Counted from the first letter of the stretch, positions 45,596 through 55,854 are shown. The stretch: 64,000 nucleotides of DNA from Bacteroidales bacterium (GCA_012839605.1 DUNA01000006.1:11-64010); one strand, 5' to 3'. Program-made: numbers and translations. Notes: generated from the letters alone by a model not told the origin.

Positions 45596-46862
45596 TGTGC
45601 TGCGTTACCTTAAAACGTTCGTCAATACGCAAGCCTACCACCCAAGCAATGTCGTTGCCCGAACAAAGCAATTGTACGTTCTCTTTGTCGTAAAGCGGTA
45701 TTTTTTCATCGATAAGAAAATCACTGATTTTCTTATACCCTTTCATGCCCAAAGGCATAAATCTGTCTCCCGGGCGAGGAGAACGTACTGTCAACGGATA
45801 TTCCAGTTTGTCTGCATCCAAAGCTACTGTTTTTTCGTCCGTGGGGATAGAAAAATCAGCCCTTCGTTCTATTTGTTCATACTCTATCTGCTTCTTCAAT
45901 TCAGAAACAGCCAGATCTCGTATGACTATACGATTTCTGTCAATCCATAGCGCATAGCCGGGAGATAAAAACTTTGTCCCGCTCTGCCCGGTCAACGATT
46001 GCGCTATCTGTACTGTTTGATTGGGGTGGAAGCCATAAGGAGACAGCAAGGCATGTATCCAAAAAAGGGTATGACCGTCCCGCAGCAGACAGGGAATGGA
46101 GAAACCGTCTTCACAAGCACATTCCTGTCGTTTTTTCTCTGTCAAATCATCCAATACCAAAGAAGCCTGCAACAAGTGTTCTGCATTTTTCCCCATACGC
46201 AAAACAACTCCGGGAGCCATTTGTTCCAACACCGGCATCACCTGGTGCCTGATTTTGTTTCTTGCAAACGTTGTTTCCAAATTGGTAGCATCTATCCTGT
46301 AGGCGATGCCGTTTTCTTCCGCGTACGACTGAATGGCGGCAGCAGGAATGTCCAACAACGGGCGGATGACCATCCCTCTTTTTGCTCTCATGCTGCAAAG
46401 TCCTTTCAACCCCGTTCCTCGCATCATGTTTAACAGCAACGTTTCTGCCCTGTCGTTGGCATTGTGTGCTACGACTATATGCGTCAAGCCTTCCGATTGG
46501 CACAGCTCCTCAAACCACGCATACCTAAGATCTCGGGCAGCCATTTCTATGGAAATACCTCGCTTACGGGCTACAGCCGCTGCGTCTACCTTCTTTATTC
46601 GTATAGGAAATCCATACTCTTTTGCTTTCTCTTCCACCAACGCTTGATCTGCTTCGCTGTCATCTCCCCGTAAAGAAAAGTTCATGTGAGCCACAACCAA
46701 CAAAGGACATATCTGCCTTCCTGTCTCTGTTTGTACCCATTTGGCAAACAAATGGAGCATGACCATAGAATCAGACCCCCCGCTAACGGCTAGCAGAAGA
46801 CCGTTATCCTCATAGTTCAGCAGTACTTCTGCCGATTTTCTAAATATTCTTTCAATCGGCAT
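45528..46862 (-). CDS. tilS: tRNA(Ile)-lysidine synthetase
   Basis: PP-loop motif 'LLAVSGGSDSMVMLHL'. The ATG at 46862 is preferred over the tracked TTG at 46871. Confidence 0.88.
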   Translation of the reverse strand: MPIERIFRKSAEVLLNYEDNGLLLAVSGGSDSMVMLHLFAKWVQTETGRQICPLLVVAHMNFSLRGDDSEADQALVEEKAKEYGFPIRIKKVDAAAVARKRGISIEMAARDLRYAWFEELCQSEGLTHIVVAHNANDRAETLLLNMMRGTGLKGLCSMRAKRGMVIRPLLDIPAAAIQSYAEENGIAYRIDATNLETTFARNKIRHQVMPVLEQMAPGVVLRMGKNAEHLLQASLVLDDLTEKKRQECACEDGFSIPCLLRDGHTLFWIHALLSPYGFHPNQTVQIAQSLTGQSGTKFLSPGYALWIDRNRIVIRDLAVSELKKQIEYEQIERRADFSIPTDEKTVALDADKLEYPLTVRSPRPGDRFMPLGMKGYKKISDFLIDEKIPLYDKENVQLLCSGNDIAWVVGLRIDERFKVTQHTTTIMLLRQKEGEPSHPALSEE

Positions 46863-46871
46863 GTATTCCAA

Positions 46872-47921
46872 TTATTTATTAGACAACGTATAGGAAAAAC
46901 CTATGGACAATATTTCTCGAAATTGGACACGCGGGGCTTTGTTTCCGTACTTGTCTGCAATTTTTATGTTGTCATCGTATATCAGGTTTGTCCTGATGTT
47001 GGCGTTCATAAATTTATTGATTTGCATAGAAATAGACAAATCCCAATATACTTGAATGTTTTGTGGTTTGTTCAAATAATCAGAGAAAAGAATGAGTTCC
47101 GTATCTACTTTTACGTTCTTGAAAATCTCTTTGTCAAATTTTGTCCTCAACTGAGCTCCAAATTCCACACGAATCTTTTCATCCGGTTTGTTCCCGTAAT
47201 TTTCTCTTAATTCAGGCAAGGAAACTATTACGAGTCCTCCCGTGAGCGGTGCAAACGTAACGGAAAGCCAAGGCCACGGATTGTAATCCATACCTAAAGC
47301 CAGCATCGTATTCATGGGTGCGGCAAATTGTGAAACAAGTGTTGTATCTTTTGCCGTATACTTGTATCCTTTAGCCCATTGCGTCTTCACCCCTAACGCT
47401 GCTGACATGTACAACCTTTCTGTAGCTTTGTATCCCAATTTTGAATCGAAGATCAACCTGTCGTCCGTTTTCTTCATAATGTCGCCGATTGTTTTGACAA
47501 AACCGTAACCGGCCTGCAAACGGTTTTGAAAAATCAAATCGTTCTTGTCGTAATTGGCCTTAGCATCTATATATCCTCCCAATGATACAGAACTGTTTCC
47601 TCCGGCTGCCCAATTGGCAAGAGCCGTTTGGGAAAAGTTGAGCTGAGACAACAACGTGTTTGTCCAAAAAGTAGGTTTTTTGGGAGGAGGCATAGCAGCC
47701 AATGCCGCTTGACGGCTCTCTTCCACAAAACGGGCAATCAGTATAGAGTCCTCTATAGCCCTTTGGCGTGCTGAATCTACTTGCGCCACCAACTTGGTGT
47801 ACATTCTTGCCAATTCCTCGTACGTTGGAATTTCTACCGTGTCCGGCTCCCTGTTTTCTTGAGCTTGCAATACTCCAAAGGATAATACGACTGCAAATAA
47901 TGCTACAACAATTCGTTTCAT
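46872..47921 (-). CDS. DUF3078 domain outer-membrane protein
   Basis: 349 aa with a signal peptide. 'WTNTLLSQLNFSQTALANWAAGGNSSVSLGGYIDAKANYDK' is typical of DUF3078. Confidence 0.7.
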   Translation of the reverse strand: MKRIVVALFAVVLSFGVLQAQENREPDTVEIPTYEELARMYTKLVAQVDSARQRAIEDSILIARFVEESRQAALAAMPPPKKPTFWTNTLLSQLNFSQTALANWAAGGNSSVSLGGYIDAKANYDKNDLIFQNRLQAGYGFVKTIGDIMKKTDDRLIFDSKLGYKATERLYMSAALGVKTQWAKGYKYTAKDTTLVSQFAAPMNTMLALGMDYNPWPWLSVTFAPLTGGLVIVSLPELRENYGNKPDEKIRVEFGAQLRTKFDKEIFKNVKVDTELILFSDYLNKPQNIQVYWDLSISMQINKFMNANIRTNLIYDDNIKIADKYGNKAPRVQFREILSIGFSYTLSNK

Positions 47922-47945
47922 ATGTTTCGTATTCTTAAAATCTTC

Positions 47946-49418
47946 TTAATAAGCTCTTGCAAAAACAACTCTTTGTGTTGAAGGTTTGCCCGTTACCATA
48001 CATCTTCCCGGTACGGGATTGTCCCATTCCGGAATCAACCGAATAGTTGCTTTTGTTTCTTCTTTGATTTTTGCTTCCGTTTCTGCCGTTCCATCCCAAT
48101 GGCACAGGAAAAAGCCTCCGTCTTCTATGCGTACCTTGAAGTCTTCGTAACTGTCTATTTCAAACGTGTTTTTCTCTTTGAAGTCCAAAGCTTTTTTGTA
48201 TATATTTTCCTGTACGTCTTTCATGATTTGCACCACTTTGTCTTCTATGCCTTCCAGCGGATGAATCTCTTTTTTCAACGTATCTCGGAAAGCCAGCTCT
48301 ACTGTTTTGTTGGCCAAATCTCTAGGACCAACGGCAATACGCAAAGGAACGCCTTTTACTTCCCATTCCGTGAACTTAAACCCGGAACGCACATTGTCTC
48401 TGTCGTCCAGTTTTACACGCAAACCTTTGGCCAAAAGCTTAGCCTTTAAATCATCCAAATGCGCCAATACGGACTCCCTTTCTTCCTCTCCTCTGTAGAT
48501 AGGAACCAACACTACTTGTATAGGTGCCAAGACCGGTGGAATGACTAAGCCGTTGTTGTCTGAATGCGCCATAACCATAGCTCCCATCAGACGTGTGGAA
48601 ACACCCCAGCTGGTCGCCCAAACGTATTCCAGCTTGCCTTCTTTGTTCGTAAATTGTACATCAAAAGCCTTGGCGAAATTTTGCCCAAGGAAATGCGAAG
48701 TGCCCGCTTGCAGGGCTCTTCCGTCTTGCATAAGAGCCTCTATACAAAGCGTTTCTACTGCTCCTGCAAACCGTTCAGATGGTGTTTTGGCGCCCACCCA
48801 TACGGGAAGTGCCAATACCTCTTTGGCAAACTCTGCATACACTTCTACCATTTGACGTGTTTCTTCTATGGCTTCCTGCTCTGTTGCATGAGCCGTATGT
48901 CCTTCTTGCCACAGAAATTCCGCTGTACGTAAAAAAAGTCGGGTACGCATTTCCCAACGAACGACGTTTGCCCATTGATTGATCAATATGGGTAAATCTC
49001 TATAAGAAGTAATCCAGTTTCTATACGTATTCCAAATGATTGTTTCACTAGTAGGTCTTACAATCAATTCTTCTTCCAGTTTGGCTTCGGGATCGACTAT
49101 CAGCCCTTTCCCATCCGGGTCTGCTTTCAGCCTGTGGTGCGTGACCACAGCGCACTCCTTAGCAAATCCTTCTACGTGTTCTGCCTCTTTACTCAGAAAT
49201 GATTTTGGTATGAATAATGGGAAATAGGCGTTCACATGCCCCGTCTCTTTAAACCGTCTGTCCAGTTCTGCCTGCATTTTTTCCCAAATGGCATAGCCGT
49301 ATGGTTTGATGACCATACAGCCTCTGACAGCAGAGTTTTCTGCCAGATCAGACTTTATTACCAGGTTGTTATACCATTCCGAATAATTTTCTTCCTTGTT
49401 TCTTATTTCTTTAGCCAT
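47946..49418 (-). CDS. proS: Proline--tRNA ligase (archaeal/eukaryotic type)
   Basis: 490 aa with '[34 protein letters not shown]' and '[16 protein letters not shown]'. The C-terminus reads '...VVFARAY'. Confidence 0.93.
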   Translation of the reverse strand: MAKEIRNKEENYSEWYNNLVIKSDLAENSAVRGCMVIKPYGYAIWEKMQAELDRRFKETGHVNAYFPLFIPKSFLSKEAEHVEGFAKECAVVTHHRLKADPDGKGLIVDPEAKLEEELIVRPTSETIIWNTYRNWITSYRDLPILINQWANVVRWEMRTRLFLRTAEFLWQEGHTAHATEQEAIEETRQMVEVYAEFAKEVLALPVWVGAKTPSERFAGAVETLCIEALMQDGRALQAGTSHFLGQNFAKAFDVQFTNKEGKLEYVWATSWGVSTRLMGAMVMAHSDNNGLVIPPVLAPIQVVLVPIYRGEEERESVLAHLDDLKAKLLAKGLRVKLDDRDNVRSGFKFTEWEVKGVPLRIAVGPRDLANKTVELAFRDTLKKEIHPLEGIEDKVVQIMKDVQENIYKKALDFKEKNTFEIDSYEDFKVRIEDGGFFLCHWDGTAETEAKIKEETKATIRLIPEWDNPVPGRCMVTGKPSTQRVVFARAY

Positions 49419-49471
49419 TTATCCCTCTATTTTTATTTGGTACAATATTTGCTTTTTATAGGGTAACAGAT

Positions 49472-49479
49472 TATATTTG
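49472..49479 (+). promoter_or_regulatory. Candidate -7 promoter element (TAnnTTTG) for the repeat-lipoprotein / FadL-like pair
   Basis: 'TATATTTG' sits 49 nt upstream of the ATG at 49528. An AGGAGG lies at 49516-49521. Confidence 0.35.
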
Positions 49480-49527
49480 GGTACAAAAGTACATAAATTG
49501 AAACAATTTAATAACAGGAGGTGTATA

Positions 49528-50844
49528 ATGAAACGGTTTTTCCACATATGGATAGTATTCGCCGGATTGATCGCCGTTTCCTGCGGAACAGGGTACCAAT
49601 CAACTTCTTCTGCATATGATGACGCCGCATATTTCCGGCCGGGTGTGACAGCACGTGTGCAATTGCTTGCTACAGCTCAGGAAGCTGAAGCGTTAAAAAA
49701 CAAAACACTGGAACAAGCAGCCAAAGAAGGCACACGCGTAGAAACTATATATACTGACCCCGATGGCAGTGTAGATATAGATGTTAAATCAGGAACCACT
49801 TACCTGATTATGAGCTCACAAGACGACTCATACGAGCGAAAACTGGAAATGTTCAGTGATGAACCGCAAGAGGATTTTTCCCTTACCATCAACATGAGTT
49901 TCACTTATGATGACTGGTATTACCCCGGATGGTACGATCCCTGGTACAATTTCAGATTTGGTTACAGTTCTCACCATTACTGGATGTATCACTGGTACTA
50001 CCCCTGGAGATACCATGCTCACTGGCATAGTCCGTACTGGTATTCGCCGTACTGGTACTCGCACTATTGGTACTCACCTTACTGGTATGCAGATTTCCAT
50101 TATCCTTACTACTATGGATATCCTCATTATGGATACAACAACAGGTACTACTTTACCGGTCGTGATTCCAAAGACAGAAATTTTGTAAGCAGACAAAACA
50201 CTACGCGTCGCATCAGCCCGGGAAGCACGCAAATTACACCTGCTGCAAGTTCTCGCTCCGGTGGATCTTACAGAAGGGTGTCTCCGCAAATCAATCAAGT
50301 GTCGGGTGACAGAAGAACGGAAACAAGTACTGCTACTGAAAATACGGGATACAGAAGAGTGGGCAGAACTTCAGAAAGTACAGGAAATATCTCAGGTAAA
50401 GAAGCTGTTTACAGAGCACCGTCTGAAAATACGTATTACAGGAGATCGTCCAACAGTACAGAAGGTACAAGAACGAATACAGGTTCCGATGTGCGTACAA
50501 CAAACAGGACTACTACAACAAACCCGGGTAGCAGCCGTAGTTTTTACAGAGACGGACAACGCTCTTCCACTACTGCTGTAAAAAGCAATTACTCCAACCA
50601 GAGCAGCAGAACATCCAATTATAGGAGTACCGGTACTACGAGTTCCGGAAGTATGAGTACCGGAACACGCTCTTCATCCTACTCAGGAAGTACGTCAGGA
50701 ACTACTTCAAGAAGCACCGGAAGCAGCGTAAGCACCGGAAGCAGTGGAAGCAGCGGAAGCAGTGGAAGCAGCGGAAGCAGCGGAAGTAGCGGAAGCAGCG
50801 GAACCGCAAGGTCCGGATCTAGCGGTTCCTACCGCAGAAGGTAA
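49528..50844 (+). CDS. Lipoprotein with Trp/Tyr-rich pentapeptide repeats and a long Ser/Thr/Arg/Gly-rich disordered tail (no recognised family)
   Basis: Starts at 'MKRFFHIWIVFAGLIAVSC' (lipobox). The aromatic block reads 'DDWYYPGWYDPWYNF...HWHSPYWYSPYWYSHYWYSPYWY...YPYYYGYPHYGY'. The tail contains 'GSSGSSGSSGSSGSSGSSGSSG' and ends 'SYRRR'. Confidence 0.7.
   Translation: MKRFFHIWIVFAGLIAVSCGTGYQSTSSAYDDAAYFRPGVTARVQLLATAQEAEALKNKTLEQAAKEGTRVETIYTDPDGSVDIDVKSGTTYLIMSSQDDSYERKLEMFSDEPQEDFSLTINMSFTYDDWYYPGWYDPWYNFRFGYSSHHYWMYHWYYPWRYHAHWHSPYWYSPYWYSHYWYSPYWYADFHYPYYYGYPHYGYNNRYYFTGRDSKDRNFVSRQNTTRRISPGSTQITPAASSRSGGSYRRVSPQINQVSGDRRTETSTATENTGYRRVGRTSESTGNISGKEAVYRAPSENTYYRRSSNSTEGTRTNTGSDVRTTNRTTTTNPGSSRSFYRDGQRSSTTAVKSNYSNQSSRTSNYRSTGTTSSGSMSTGTRSSSYSGSTSGTTSRSTGSSVSTGSSGSSGSSGSSGSSGSSGSSGTARSGSSGSYRRR
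50029..50088 (+). repeat. Four tandem 15-bp units encoding S(P/H)YWY
   Basis: The units are 'agtccgtactggtat tcgccgtactggtac tcgcactattggtac tcaccttactggtat'. Confidence 0.9.
50737..50799 (+). repeat. Seven tandem 9-bp units (GGAAGCAGY) encoding (GSS)n
   Basis: The sequence 'ggaagcagtggaagcagcggaagcagtggaagcagcggaagcagcggaagtagcggaagcagc' was read directly. Confidence 0.9.
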
Positions 50845-50858
50845 CCAAATGAAATACA

Positions 50859-52385
50859 ATGAAGAAATACCTGATTTTACTTGCATGGATTGTTCCTTAT
50901 ACGCTTTTTGGACAAAATGCTTGGGACGCCTACCGTTACTCACATATCAGCTACCAAGGATCGGCACGTTCCTTGGCATTAGGAAATGCTGTTACGGCAC
51001 TTGGGGGTGATTTCACCTCTATAAGTATGAATCCGGCAGCTGCCGGCCTGTACCATTATTCAGAATTTTCTTTTACTCCGGCTTTTACCACCCGATTTTC
51101 TCAGGTAGATTATTTCAACCAACCTGCTAACGACAAATATACAAGGCTGGGAGTATCCGAATTTGGTTACGTGGGCAGCTGGAATTTATCCGGGAAAAGA
51201 CAAGGGCCCATTACCCTTTCTTTTGCTGCCGGGTATAATAAAGTACAAGACTTCACTCACCAAACTTCCGTCCTATTAAACGGGTCCACTACAAGCTGGC
51301 TTTCCTCTGCAGCTACACTGACAGACGGAATCTCTTTTGAAAAACTGGAACATAAAGACGGATACAACCCCTACTATGATTCGGGAGCTCCTTGGCGATC
51401 CGTTTTGGCATGGAACACGTATCTGTTGGATTTGATTCCGGATACACACAATCAGTACATAGGAGGAACAGAAAATATTGACCACGACAATCAAGAAATA
51501 TACGTTGGAGGACTTTTGGACCAACGTTTTCTTAGGGAGTCTAAAGGCAGTATGGGTGATTATGTGTTTGCGCTGGGATCCAATTTCAACGACCGCATTT
51601 TTGTAGGAGCAAGTTTTGCATTTCGTAACATTCACTACCGTACGTTTGAAAAATATGTGGAAACGGCACAAAATCCTCAAGAATTCCAAACCGGATTCAG
51701 GGATTTTTCACATACGTACCAACAGACGACCACAGGATCAGGTTTTCATATGAAAGTAGGAATCATAGCCCTGCCCTTGAACAACCTACGCATAGGTGCA
51801 GCTTTTACTACACCTACCTGGACCACGCTTACCGATGAATGGCAAGAGCGTATGACAGCCCGGTTTGTAGACGGATACGAACACGAAGACAGCCCATACG
51901 GCAGGTACTCTTACAAAGTACAAACCCCTTGGAGATACAGCGTAGGTGCAACATACCTTTTAGGAAATACAGGCCTTATATCCGTAGACTACGAAGGAGT
52001 TGACTACAGAAACATGAATATGTCCGCCCTTTACGACAAAATGGAATTTGCCAAAGAAAACGATGACATCCGCTTAGGCAGTCCCGATTACCGTTTTGGC
52101 ATATCTCATATAATCAGAGCCGGAGCTGAATTTAGAATTGGCACCTTTTCGCTTAGAGGGGGTTACAGTTATTACAGCGCCGGTGAAGAACTATTGAACG
52201 ATTCTCATAGGGTATCAGGGGGGTTGGGCATAAGAGGAAAACGAAGCTTTGCAGATGTGGGTGTTTCATACAGACTTAAAGAAAACGAATATTTCAGTCT
52301 CTACGACATAGCAGATACTCCGGCACCCGGTATGAATACGTTAACACGCTTACGAGTTGCTTTTACAGTAGGGTTCCGTTTTTAA
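50859..52385 (+). CDS. FadL/OMPP1-like outer-membrane beta-barrel protein (putative)
   Basis: 508 aa with a signal peptide. The N-terminal 'GSARSLALGNAVTALGGDFTSISMNPAAAGL' resembles the FadL-type hatch motif. The sequence ends in the aromatic strand 'LRVAFTVGFRF'. Confidence 0.55.
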   Translation: MKKYLILLAWIVPYTLFGQNAWDAYRYSHISYQGSARSLALGNAVTALGGDFTSISMNPAAAGLYHYSEFSFTPAFTTRFSQVDYFNQPANDKYTRLGVSEFGYVGSWNLSGKRQGPITLSFAAGYNKVQDFTHQTSVLLNGSTTSWLSSAATLTDGISFEKLEHKDGYNPYYDSGAPWRSVLAWNTYLLDLIPDTHNQYIGGTENIDHDNQEIYVGGLLDQRFLRESKGSMGDYVFALGSNFNDRIFVGASFAFRNIHYRTFEKYVETAQNPQEFQTGFRDFSHTYQQTTTGSGFHMKVGIIALPLNNLRIGAAFTTPTWTTLTDEWQERMTARFVDGYEHEDSPYGRYSYKVQTPWRYSVGATYLLGNTGLISVDYEGVDYRNMNMSALYDKMEFAKENDDIRLGSPDYRFGISHIIRAGAEFRIGTFSLRGGYSYYSAGEELLNDSHRVSGGLGIRGKRSFADVGVSYRLKENEYFSLYDIADTPAPGMNTLTRLRVAFTVGFRF

Positions 52386-53008
52386 AACATGCCTGTGCAA
52401 AGCACTTTCCACGCCTCGGGGCCTTCATTCATGACCAAATCCAAGATACTCAATCCGGGTACAAAACCCATTTTGTCTGAAAACACCTGGTAATAAGGTT
52501 TGTTGTTTTCCGGTGGAAGCCGGTATCTGTAATCCTTTTTCCCGTATTGCAATTCAAACGTTTGAGTGGTTGTTATGGAAATGTTGGCTTGCAACGCTTC
52601 CAAACACCATGCAAGTATGGATGTGTTGTATTCAAAAAGAGAAAGAGGCTGTGTAAGCGTATAAAACTGCCTTATTTCGTCTTTGTAATATTCGTAAAAA
52701 GGAGAAGAACCGTAAGCAGATTCGATGGCCAACCAATGAATACGCTGCCAATCTTGCGACAAGTCCAACAAGACATCGCCAATACGTGTTTTTACGCCAC
52801 GTTTGCGTTTTATGGGAACGATAAGCACCTGTTTGCCGTTGGCTCCGCATAGGTAACACCTGTTGCGCACCGTTTGTTTTATATAATGCTCATGTTGCTC
52901 AACAATCCATTGGCCCTCCGGATACAATAAAGAAAAAAAAGATATAGGAGGCCAATACGCTATAGGGAACCAAGCTTTTTTACGGTCATTCATGGTCTTC
53001 CGAATCAA
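52382..53008 (-). CDS. WbqC-family protein
   Basis: 208 aa. 'YWPPISFFSLL...EQHEHYIKQTVRNRCYLCGANGKQVLIVPI' is WbqC-like. The start is uncertain (Met6 at 52993 is an alternative), and it overlaps the lpxA 3' end. Confidence 0.7.
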   Translation of the reverse strand: MIRKTMNDRKKAWFPIAYWPPISFFSLLYPEGQWIVEQHEHYIKQTVRNRCYLCGANGKQVLIVPIKRKRGVKTRIGDVLLDLSQDWQRIHWLAIESAYGSSPFYEYYKDEIRQFYTLTQPLSLFEYNTSILAWCLEALQANISITTTQTFELQYGKKDYRYRLPPENNKPYYQVFSDKMGFVPGLSILDLVMNEGPEAWKVLCTGMF

Positions 53009-53792
53009 ATCTATGCGGAATGATACCGCGCTTTGAGGACCTTATAAAAGACAGGATGATATCTCTTTCCTCAGAGGGTTCAATCACCTCTTCCACTTTA
53101 CGACAAGCATCGCTTACATTCAATCCTACCTGGTATATGATTCTATATACATCGCGTATCCTGTTAATCTGTTCCGGTGTAAATCCACTTCTCCTCAGCC
53201 CTATGAGATTGATTCCGCCGTAACTGAGCGGATGACGCCCTGCCAACACAAAGGGCGGCACGTCTTTTCTTATAAGCGAACCTCCCGCCACCATAGAGTA
53301 CATCCCAATTTTTGAAAATTGATGCGCCACAGATGCTCCTCCAACAATGGCGTGTTCATCTATAATCGTTTCTCCTGCCAGGCCTACGTACGATGTAAGA
53401 ATGACTCCTTTCTTTATATGGCAATCGTGCGCAATGTGTACATAGCTCATAATCAGGCAATTATCCTCAATTATCGTGGTTCCTTTTCCACTGGCACGCG
53501 TACCTCTGTTTATAGTAGCGTACTCACGTATAGTCACATGATTCCCAATTTCTACGTACGATTTTTCTCCGGCAAATTTTAAATCTTGAGGAATGGCACC
53601 TATTACTGCACCCGGAAAAATATGTCCGTGAGAACCTATACGCACGTAATCCATAATACATACATTGGGTCCTATAACCGTTCCTTCCCCTATTTCCACA
53701 TGTTCCGCAATAGTGGTAAAAGGACCTACTTGTACTCCTTTGCCCAATTTGGCTCCCGGATGTATTACCGTGTACTGTTCATTTGTTTTCAT
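52986..53792 (-). CDS. lpxA: Acyl-ACP--UDP-N-acetylglucosamine O-acyltransferase
   Basis: 268 aa with left-handed beta-helix hexapeptide repeats and 'GAIPQDLKFAGE'. It sits in an lpxD-lpxC-lpxA context. Confidence 0.9.
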   Translation of the reverse strand: MKTNEQYTVIHPGAKLGKGVQVGPFTTIAEHVEIGEGTVIGPNVCIMDYVRIGSHGHIFPGAVIGAIPQDLKFAGEKSYVEIGNHVTIREYATINRGTRASGKGTTIIEDNCLIMSYVHIAHDCHIKKGVILTSYVGLAGETIIDEHAIVGGASVAHQFSKIGMYSMVAGGSLIRKDVPPFVLAGRHPLSYGGINLIGLRRSGFTPEQINRIRDVYRIIYQVGLNVSDACRKVEEVIEPSEERDIILSFIRSSKRGIIPHRFDSEDHE

Positions 53793-54696
53793 GACTTTCT
53801 ATATGATTTCTTATCATCTGCGCAACGGCAACATTGGCTTTATGCCCCGGTTTATAGGCTTGCACAGAAGCCTTCAATCTTTTGCCTACCAAATACAAAT
53901 CTCCCAGCAAATCTACTGTTTTGTGCCTGACGCATTCGTTGGGATACCTGGGTCCTTCTTTGTTCAAATAACCGGCACTCCATTGCTCAACGGAATAGTC
54001 GTACAACCGGGTCAGCCATTCCTTATCCGCATCACTAACAAAACCGTCCGCAATGACAAGTGCGTTGTCTAAATCTCCGCCCTGTATCAACCCTTTTTTT
54101 AAAAGAGGTACCAGTTCGTCTAAAAAAACAAATGTCCTGGCCGGCGCCAATTCTTTTATAAAGTGGATGTCTTCATCATAAAAAAACACCTGTTTTCCTA
54201 TCTTTCTGGGCTTAAAATCTATCTCTACAGACAAAGAAAATCTATTGGATGGAAGTACTTTGATTGCAGTTCCCGTAGCGGCATCTTCATAGATCAAAGG
54301 GGAGGTTATTTGTGCATACTCTCTGCCTTTCTCCTGTTTTATAACGCCTGCCTCTTGTATGGCTTGTGCAAAAAACAGGGCGCTTCCATCCAACACCGGT
54401 ACTTCCGGTCCGTTTATACGTATATGCACATTGTCTATACCCATCCCGTAGAGCGCAGCCAGAAGATGTTCCGTAGTAGCCACTCCCACTCCATGTAAAG
54501 AAATGGTCGTATTTCTTTGCGTACAGGATACAAGAGAAGACAACGCCGGAATGAAGGGATTCTCCGGTAAGTCTGTGCGCTCAAAACAAATCCCATATCC
54601 CTCTTCTGCCGGCAACAAGTCTACTGTAACAAATTGCCCGGTATGCAAACCTTTGCCTTCCACACGTATTTCTCTCCTAAGGGTTTGTTGTCTCAT
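53779..54696 (-). CDS. lpxC: UDP-3-O-acyl-N-acetylglucosamine deacetylase (stand-alone, no FabZ domain)
   Basis: 305 aa with 'GKGLHTGQ', '[17 protein letters not shown]', '[11 protein letters not shown]' and '[14 protein letters not shown]'. It ends 14 nt inside the lpxA start. Confidence 0.9.
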   Translation of the reverse strand: MRQQTLRREIRVEGKGLHTGQFVTVDLLPAEEGYGICFERTDLPENPFIPALSSLVSCTQRNTTISLHGVGVATTEHLLAALYGMGIDNVHIRINGPEVPVLDGSALFFAQAIQEAGVIKQEKGREYAQITSPLIYEDAATGTAIKVLPSNRFSLSVEIDFKPRKIGKQVFFYDEDIHFIKELAPARTFVFLDELVPLLKKGLIQGGDLDNALVIADGFVSDADKEWLTRLYDYSVEQWSAGYLNKEGPRYPNECVRHKTVDLLGDLYLVGKRLKASVQAYKPGHKANVAVAQMIRNHIESHENK

Positions 54697-55682
54697 TCTT
54701 CTTTTTCACCCGATTTTTTAAACAACGCATACGCCCTCATGTAGGTTTTATGATCTATGGCCGGCATACCTACAACAGCTGAATCTTCTTCTTTCACAGA
54801 GCCAATGACGCCTGCTTGTGCTCCTACACGTGTTCCGGGCGCAATGTTCAGATGGCCTGCAAAACCGGCCTGTCCTCCTACCATACAACGGTCGCCCAAC
54901 GTAGTGGAGCCTGAAATTCCCGACTGCGCAGCAATTACGGTATGAGCACCTATTTCTACGTTATGTGCAACCTGAATGAGGTTGTCTAATTTCACTCCTT
55001 CCCGAATGATGGTAGATCCCATGGTGGCTCTGTCAACAACCGTATTGGCACCTATTTCCACATGGTCTTCTACAACCACATTTCCTGTTTGTGGTATTTT
55101 AAGATACGCGCCTTCTTTTGTGGGCGCGAAGCCAAATCCATCCGAACCGATTACGGCATTGGCGTGTATGATGCAATGGTTGCCAATAACGCACCCGTCG
55201 TAAACTTTAACACCGGGGTACAATATAGTTCCCGCCCCAATATGCACACGTTCTCCAATGTATACGTGGGGATAAATCTGAGCCCCGTTACCAATTACGG
55301 CTCGTTTGCCTATGTAAGAGTTGGTGCCTATGTATACATTCTTTCCTATTTGTGCCTTACGAGAAATAGTGTGCGGGTATTCCCTTCCTTTTTTCTTCTT
55401 ATCGCTTGCAAACATGGCCATCACCTGAGCAAAAGCAACATATGCATCTTCTACCTGAATCAAGGTGGCCTTTACTTCCTTCTTTGGAACAAACACTTTG
55501 TTTACAAGAACAATAGAAGCCTTTGTTTTGTACAGGTATTTTTCATATTTCATGTTGGCCAGGAAACAGGCTGTTCCCGGCTTTCCATATTCAATACGCG
55601 CAACACTTGTTGCTACTACATGAGGATTTCCTACTACTTCCCCATTCAGTTGTTCCGCGATCATCCGGGCTGTGAGTTCCAT
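54693..55682 (-). CDS. lpxD: UDP-3-O-acylglucosamine N-acyltransferase
   Basis: 329 aa. The N-terminus reads '[12 protein letters not shown]', followed by a long hexapeptide-repeat region. It overlaps lpxC by 4 nt. Confidence 0.9.
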   Translation of the reverse strand: MELTARMIAEQLNGEVVGNPHVVATSVARIEYGKPGTACFLANMKYEKYLYKTKASIVLVNKVFVPKKEVKATLIQVEDAYVAFAQVMAMFASDKKKKGREYPHTISRKAQIGKNVYIGTNSYIGKRAVIGNGAQIYPHVYIGERVHIGAGTILYPGVKVYDGCVIGNHCIIHANAVIGSDGFGFAPTKEGAYLKIPQTGNVVVEDHVEIGANTVVDRATMGSTIIREGVKLDNLIQVAHNVEIGAHTVIAAQSGISGSTTLGDRCMVGGQAGFAGHLNIAPGTRVGAQAGVIGSVKEEDSAVVGMPAIDHKTYMRAYALFKKSGEKEE

Positions 55683-55753
55683 GAGATTTTGTATGATACT
55701 GATTTACGACAAATTTCGTTCCAATAATGATATATTGCAAATTCCAAAATAAA

Positions 55754-55785
55754 TTTGTTAAAAATCAGTAAAATACTTACATTTG
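55754..55785 (+). promoter_or_regulatory. Candidate Bacteroidetes promoter for nusA-infB (-33 TTTG / -7 TAnnTTTG)
   Basis: 'TTTG' at 55754-55757 and 'TACATTTG' at 55778-55785 are separated by a 20-nt spacer. Confidence 0.55.
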
Positions 55786-55807
55786 CAGCCGCTTAGGAAC
55801 ATGTGAA

Positions 55808-55830
55808 AGAGGACCCAGGTCCTCTTTTTT
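55808..55830 (+). terminator. Intrinsic-terminator hairpin inside the nusA 5' leader (candidate attenuator)
   Basis: 'AGAGGAC-ccag-GTCCTCT' followed by TTTTT lies between the predicted promoter and the nusA ATG at 55855. Confidence 0.6.
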
Positions 55831-55854
55831 ATTACACAATAAAAAAAACCAAAA

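Noticed and set aside
55062-55727. 221-aa ORF antisense to lpxD
   Set aside because: The lpxD hexapeptide repeats create open antisense frames, and the translation has no motifs.
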